Origin: Anthoceros angustus
Lineage: Eukaryota > Plantae > Anthocerotophyta
Reading direction: 5' to 3'
Assembly: GCA_010909165.1 (NCBI GenBank)
Contig: VJWM01000179.1
Location: forward strand, 372,001-436,000
DNA: 64,000 nt
Shown here: positions 60,420 through 64,000 of the stretch, in pieces
Layout of the letters: each line of letters begins with the position of its first letter
Position numbering within the stretch: the stretch's first letter is position 1
The notes under the pieces: model-generated
Told to the model about the DNA's origin: nothing
Database searches by the model: none
What the model saw: only the letters and a program-made list of their open reading frames with translations
Made by a program: the position numbers and the translations under genes

Positions 60420-62635
60420 TGTTGGGCATTTGAGAAGAAGATTTGATGGTTGCCCTCGAAGCCTTTGTGAAGATGGTTACTGAATGTCAAAATAGCCTCG
60501 TTTCACAGGATAGAGTGGACGATTTTCTTGCGAGAACTCTGTTCCCCACAACGCTTGTAAGGCGTAATGTCAACGGTCCACGGACCCGTGTCGTCTGCCT
60601 AATTCACCAAGCTCATATATTAAATATGAATGTGCTTACGGACCACAAGATTTTCTTACGGTGTGGAGCCTTTCATTGATGTGACAAACCGTCAAAAAGG
60701 GGAAAGGCGCGCCGTCACGCATGAAGCCGATAGGAAAAGGGGTGTAAATTCCAGTTCTTCATCGATTATTGCAATGGCGGGAATTGCAGAGAATCAATTC
60801 AATGGCACCACATAGACATGAATGGTGATTTACGCCATGGTTTGTTAGCTCTTGATGCCCTAATGTTTCTCTTGCTCTGTTTTATCTATGGCAAAGCGGA
60901 ATGGGTAAAGCACAAGCTCTTATGCCGGTGACCAATTACCAAATTATGTGTGATCATGAGGAGGATGTGTATCGCAGAAGAAGGACAACCCAAGATGCCA
61001 CTTGGTCCGGATGATTTCTTATTGCCCAAGGATATAAGAAACATACAGAGCTTGATTGCAGGACATGGAGATTGCATCATCTTGATGAGGAAAGTGTGAG
61101 AATATGGATGGACTTACACAAGCATGAGATTTTCTTTTCTTCCTTCAGCTCTAAGTCTACTGACGGGTGTCACTTTGCACTGGGTATTCAGACACCATTT
61201 CAGCACTCATGTATGTTGAGGTGGGGCCATAACTCGATTGTCTCTATGGATGCCACGTTCAGGACTAACAAATGGAAATTTCAGTTGTTTACAGTGTTGG
61301 TCTTCGATGACCACATGAACGGGCTACCAGCGGCATGGATCATTTCTGACAACGGCACTGCTGACAATATTAGTGCATGGCTGGGGGCTTTAAAGCAGAT
61401 GTTGGAGAAGTCGATCCAGTGGAAGCCCAATGCTTTCTTGGTGGGTGATTGCCAAGCCGAGATTAACGCTATCGACAAGTATTCGGCTCTAACATGTTGG
61501 TGTTTTTGTTTGTGGCATGTGCGCCGTGCTTGGTTGAGACAACTCATAAAGAAGGTGAAAAATAAAGTCGGAGGCGAGATGATGAGCACACTTGGTAAAA
61601 TTATGTATATGGAGGAGCAAGGCTGCGGTATGGAGAAAGTGCGGGCGGAGCTTGACGCATTCTACTCGACATACGCAATATGAGCCCAATTTGTGACTTA
61701 TTTTAAGCGGCAATGGGCGATTATGACTATGTGGATCAAAGCTGGAAGTCCCACATGCTGGCCAAGAGGCGCATAGAAGCCTACCACCAGCACTTGAAAT
61801 TCGGATGTCGCTAACGAAGAAGCGGCTTACGGTGAGCGTTTAGATTGGTTACTTCATATCCTTGTGGATGAAGTCAATCGGCATTTTGGTTCCAATCACA
61901 ATGCAAGTTGCTGAATATTGTTCACAACACCAAGTTGAGAGACTTGTGCACCATGCAATTACTAAGGCACTGCAAATTCCAAATGTGGATGTCACACTCC
62001 CGACAACGGATAATGCTTCAGCATACGTTAAAAGTCGAAGGCACTTAACGGGTCAGTGAGTCGAGGTGCTAAATGGTGGAAGGCGGTGGGGCTTGCAACT
62101 GCAAACAAGGATTGAATGGCTTTGTTTGCAAACATCAAGTGAAGGTTTTGCTGATGTTAAATCGAATGACAGCTACACAGATGCTTGTGCACAAACTGAT
62201 GGATATGTCGAAGGAACATGGTACTGATAATTTCAATTTGGCAAGTCAGGTCATGCACACAACAAGTTATGAGGAGCCTGCAGTGAATGTTTGCCAGGAT
62301 GGGCATGAACTACGCTGCCCCAAACAGGATGTTGTCCAAGAAGGGCCCCAAGTACCTTGCCTGAACCAGGTGTCCAGTCCATGGACGTGAGTTGGGCAGA
62401 GATTAGGGGAATGGTGGAGAAGTGGCCACAGTTAGAAAATCATGTTGCTGCCATGATGGGACAATTAGTAAGGCAGGTCCAAGGGTTGGGCGCTGATCTT
62501 CATCTTCACCAGTTGCATGAAACACCAATTCTACACCACAATCCTGCTCATACAGACAATTCTCTTAAACGGAAAAGCCTTTTGGGAAACGGGAGGAGTC
62601 GGCAGAGGAAGAACGGCCCCAAGATCAGAAAGTGA
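60420..62635 (+). pseudogene. MULE transposase with a C-terminal SWIM zinc finger, frameshifted
   Basis: FALGIQTPFQ...SIVSMDATFRTNKWKFQLFTVLVFD...GLPAAWII; AFLVGDCQAE; CLWHVRRAW; IEAYHQHLK (~61790); SWIM CNCKQGLNGFVCKHQVKV (62073 ORF). Confidence 0.88.
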
Positions 62636-62857
62636 AATTCCAGTAGGTCAAACATACAACTGCCTATAGTTCCTAGGCCTTAGCACATAGAACTGCCTAT
62701 AGCTCCGAGGCTAAGCTTAGAAAGTTGTGCGAACATGGCAGCCTAAGTTACTGAGCCTTGGAATTTTGCTCTACAGTCTTGGATGTTCTCCTCTCAGTTG
62801 TATGTTTCACCATTTTTGCCAGTCAGCGTGGAACATGAGCTATCAGAGTCACGCTCC

Positions 62858-62995
62858 GTCTGCCGATAAGAGTCCGATCCCATGCGCTCCAAGAGGTGGA
62901 GGCCCCGTCGCGTTGCCAAGCGGACGTCTGCCGATAAGAGTCCGATCCCATGCGCTCCAAGAAGAGGTGGAGGCCCCGTCGCGTTGCCAAGCGGA
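62858..62995. repeat. Two direct ~68-bp subterminal repeats in the MULE
   Basis: gtctgccgataagagtccgatcccatgcgctccaag(aag)aggtggaggccccgtcgcgttgccaagcgga occurs twice. Confidence 0.9.
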
Positions 62996-64000
62996 TTGTG
63001 TCGATTTGCGGCCGTTTAAAATGTGGCTGTTTGGCGAACTGATTAGGGCACGTTTCGCGCTTAAAATGAACCCCAACCGCCATTCCACAAACCGGAGCCA
63101 TGAGCACGCAGGCCGCTACGGGTTGCCGTGTATGGTATAGTATGCGCTCATACGTGTATTCACCTAGACAGTGCTATGGACATGGGATGGGTCATGGCGA
63201 GGCAAGGCTAGGCGATGGGGCCCACCACCTCGGGAGAAGGCGCCATTACTTTGCGGGGAGAACTAGCCTCCGGTCCCAAACGCCGCCTGGGCGGCCCGGC
63301 AGCGCCCTCCCCTAACACACCACCACCCATGGGCGGCCGTGCGTCCTCCCCCCCTGCCGCATGGGCTGGCCGGCAGCGCCCTCCTCTTAGGCTGTTTTCT
63401 AGAAAATAAATATTTAGCGCCTCAAGAGTATTACAACCATGGACAGTTGGTCTAGTGTTTGGGAAATAAGTGTTGTGACGAATAGGTTTCGTGTTCAAAT
63501 CTCATGCCTCCTCAACAATTTAATTTTGTTGATTTTAAGGATGCTTGCATGGGCGCATGGGCAACTAACTTTGTTCATTTTAAGGACGCTGGCATTGCCT
63601 TAAAGCCCAAGTGGTTGCATTGAGTGCGGAAGGTTGAAGACCACGGTGGCGACCTTTTGGATGAGGGTCGGCGGACCCTAGATCTTTGTGGCGATCGACA
63701 CGTGAGTGGGCCAAGAATGATACTATTGAAGGCGAGCAAGCAATGGAGAGAAACGACAAAGGCGGAGGATATGGACCGCCTCGAATATGGCGGTGGTACT
63801 TGACTCGATTTGGCGCAAGGCATGGATGAGTCGCCAGCCGCACTCTTGAATGACTATTGTCGATCGATGACCACTTCCTCCTTTTTGATTGTTTGTTGCA
63901 ATGTTCTCACGACCAAAATGAGACTCCGCTAGAATGCATTGTTTTCATTGTGTTCCACCACTTGAAAGTAAAAGTTTTCGGTTGTAATAAACATATGAAA

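Larger units (their letters stand above)
59686..63265 (+). mobile_element. Mutator-like element (MULE) with ~250-bp TIRs
   Basis: 59686-59928 is the inverse of 62993-63265 (tagttctctccaccaaagtaatggcgc vs gcgccattactttgcggggagaacta). No TSD was identified. Confidence 0.85.
58386..64000. mobile_element. Element B copy 2, interrupted by a Mutator element and running off the window
   Basis: 58386-59680 matches 6336-~7560 and 63270-64000 matches ~7780-8490. Confidence 0.85.

Noticed and set aside
59670-63280. 9-bp TSD for the Mutator element
   Set aside because: The flanks (ccccggcct vs gcctccggt) do not match convincingly, so the exact ends are uncertain by a few bases.

Overview
Eukaryotic, repeat-dominated window of nested transposable elements, most likely from a non-seed plant or streptophyte alga (inference from the element families and spliceosomal splice sites). 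No rRNA, tRNA or CRISPR is present and no host gene is securely identified. Almost all coding regions are frameshifted. Seven 0.4-2 kb tandem duplications differ mainly by small indels, so part of the decay may be long-read consensus error rather than real pseudogenisation. Main components: (1) A Sola2-like DDD transposase gene (+, ~4900-20800) split by two insertions; removing them restores the motifs WH..|.C..G.C and EIQ|SMHW. (2) The first insert is a 2.4-kb non-autonomous TIR element (6336-8710, TSD ACAA). (3) The second insert is a 9.9-kb TIR element (9069-18993, 35-bp TIRs, TSD CTAT). It carries a DUF7869/Sola1-like transposase on the minus strand and, divergently across a GC-rich palindrome array, a spliced ParB-like + beta-class amino (N4C/N6A) DNA methyltransferase gene on the plus strand. 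This is the most interesting object in the window. (4) A coiled-coil/RING/acidic-heptad region with a ~120-bp satellite (22550-27620). (5) A second Sola2-like transposase (-, ~28490-33130). (6) A Ty3/gypsy element (-, 38749-~53190) with a tRNA-Asp PBS and apparently ~4.1-kb LTRs that contain coding-like sequence. (7) A divergent second ParB-like gene fragment (~58040-58385) cut by another copy of the 2.4-kb element, which is itself interrupted by a Mutator element (59686-63265) with ~250-bp TIRs and a MULE-SWIM transposase. Superfamily names come from motif recognition and need HMM/Repbase confirmation.
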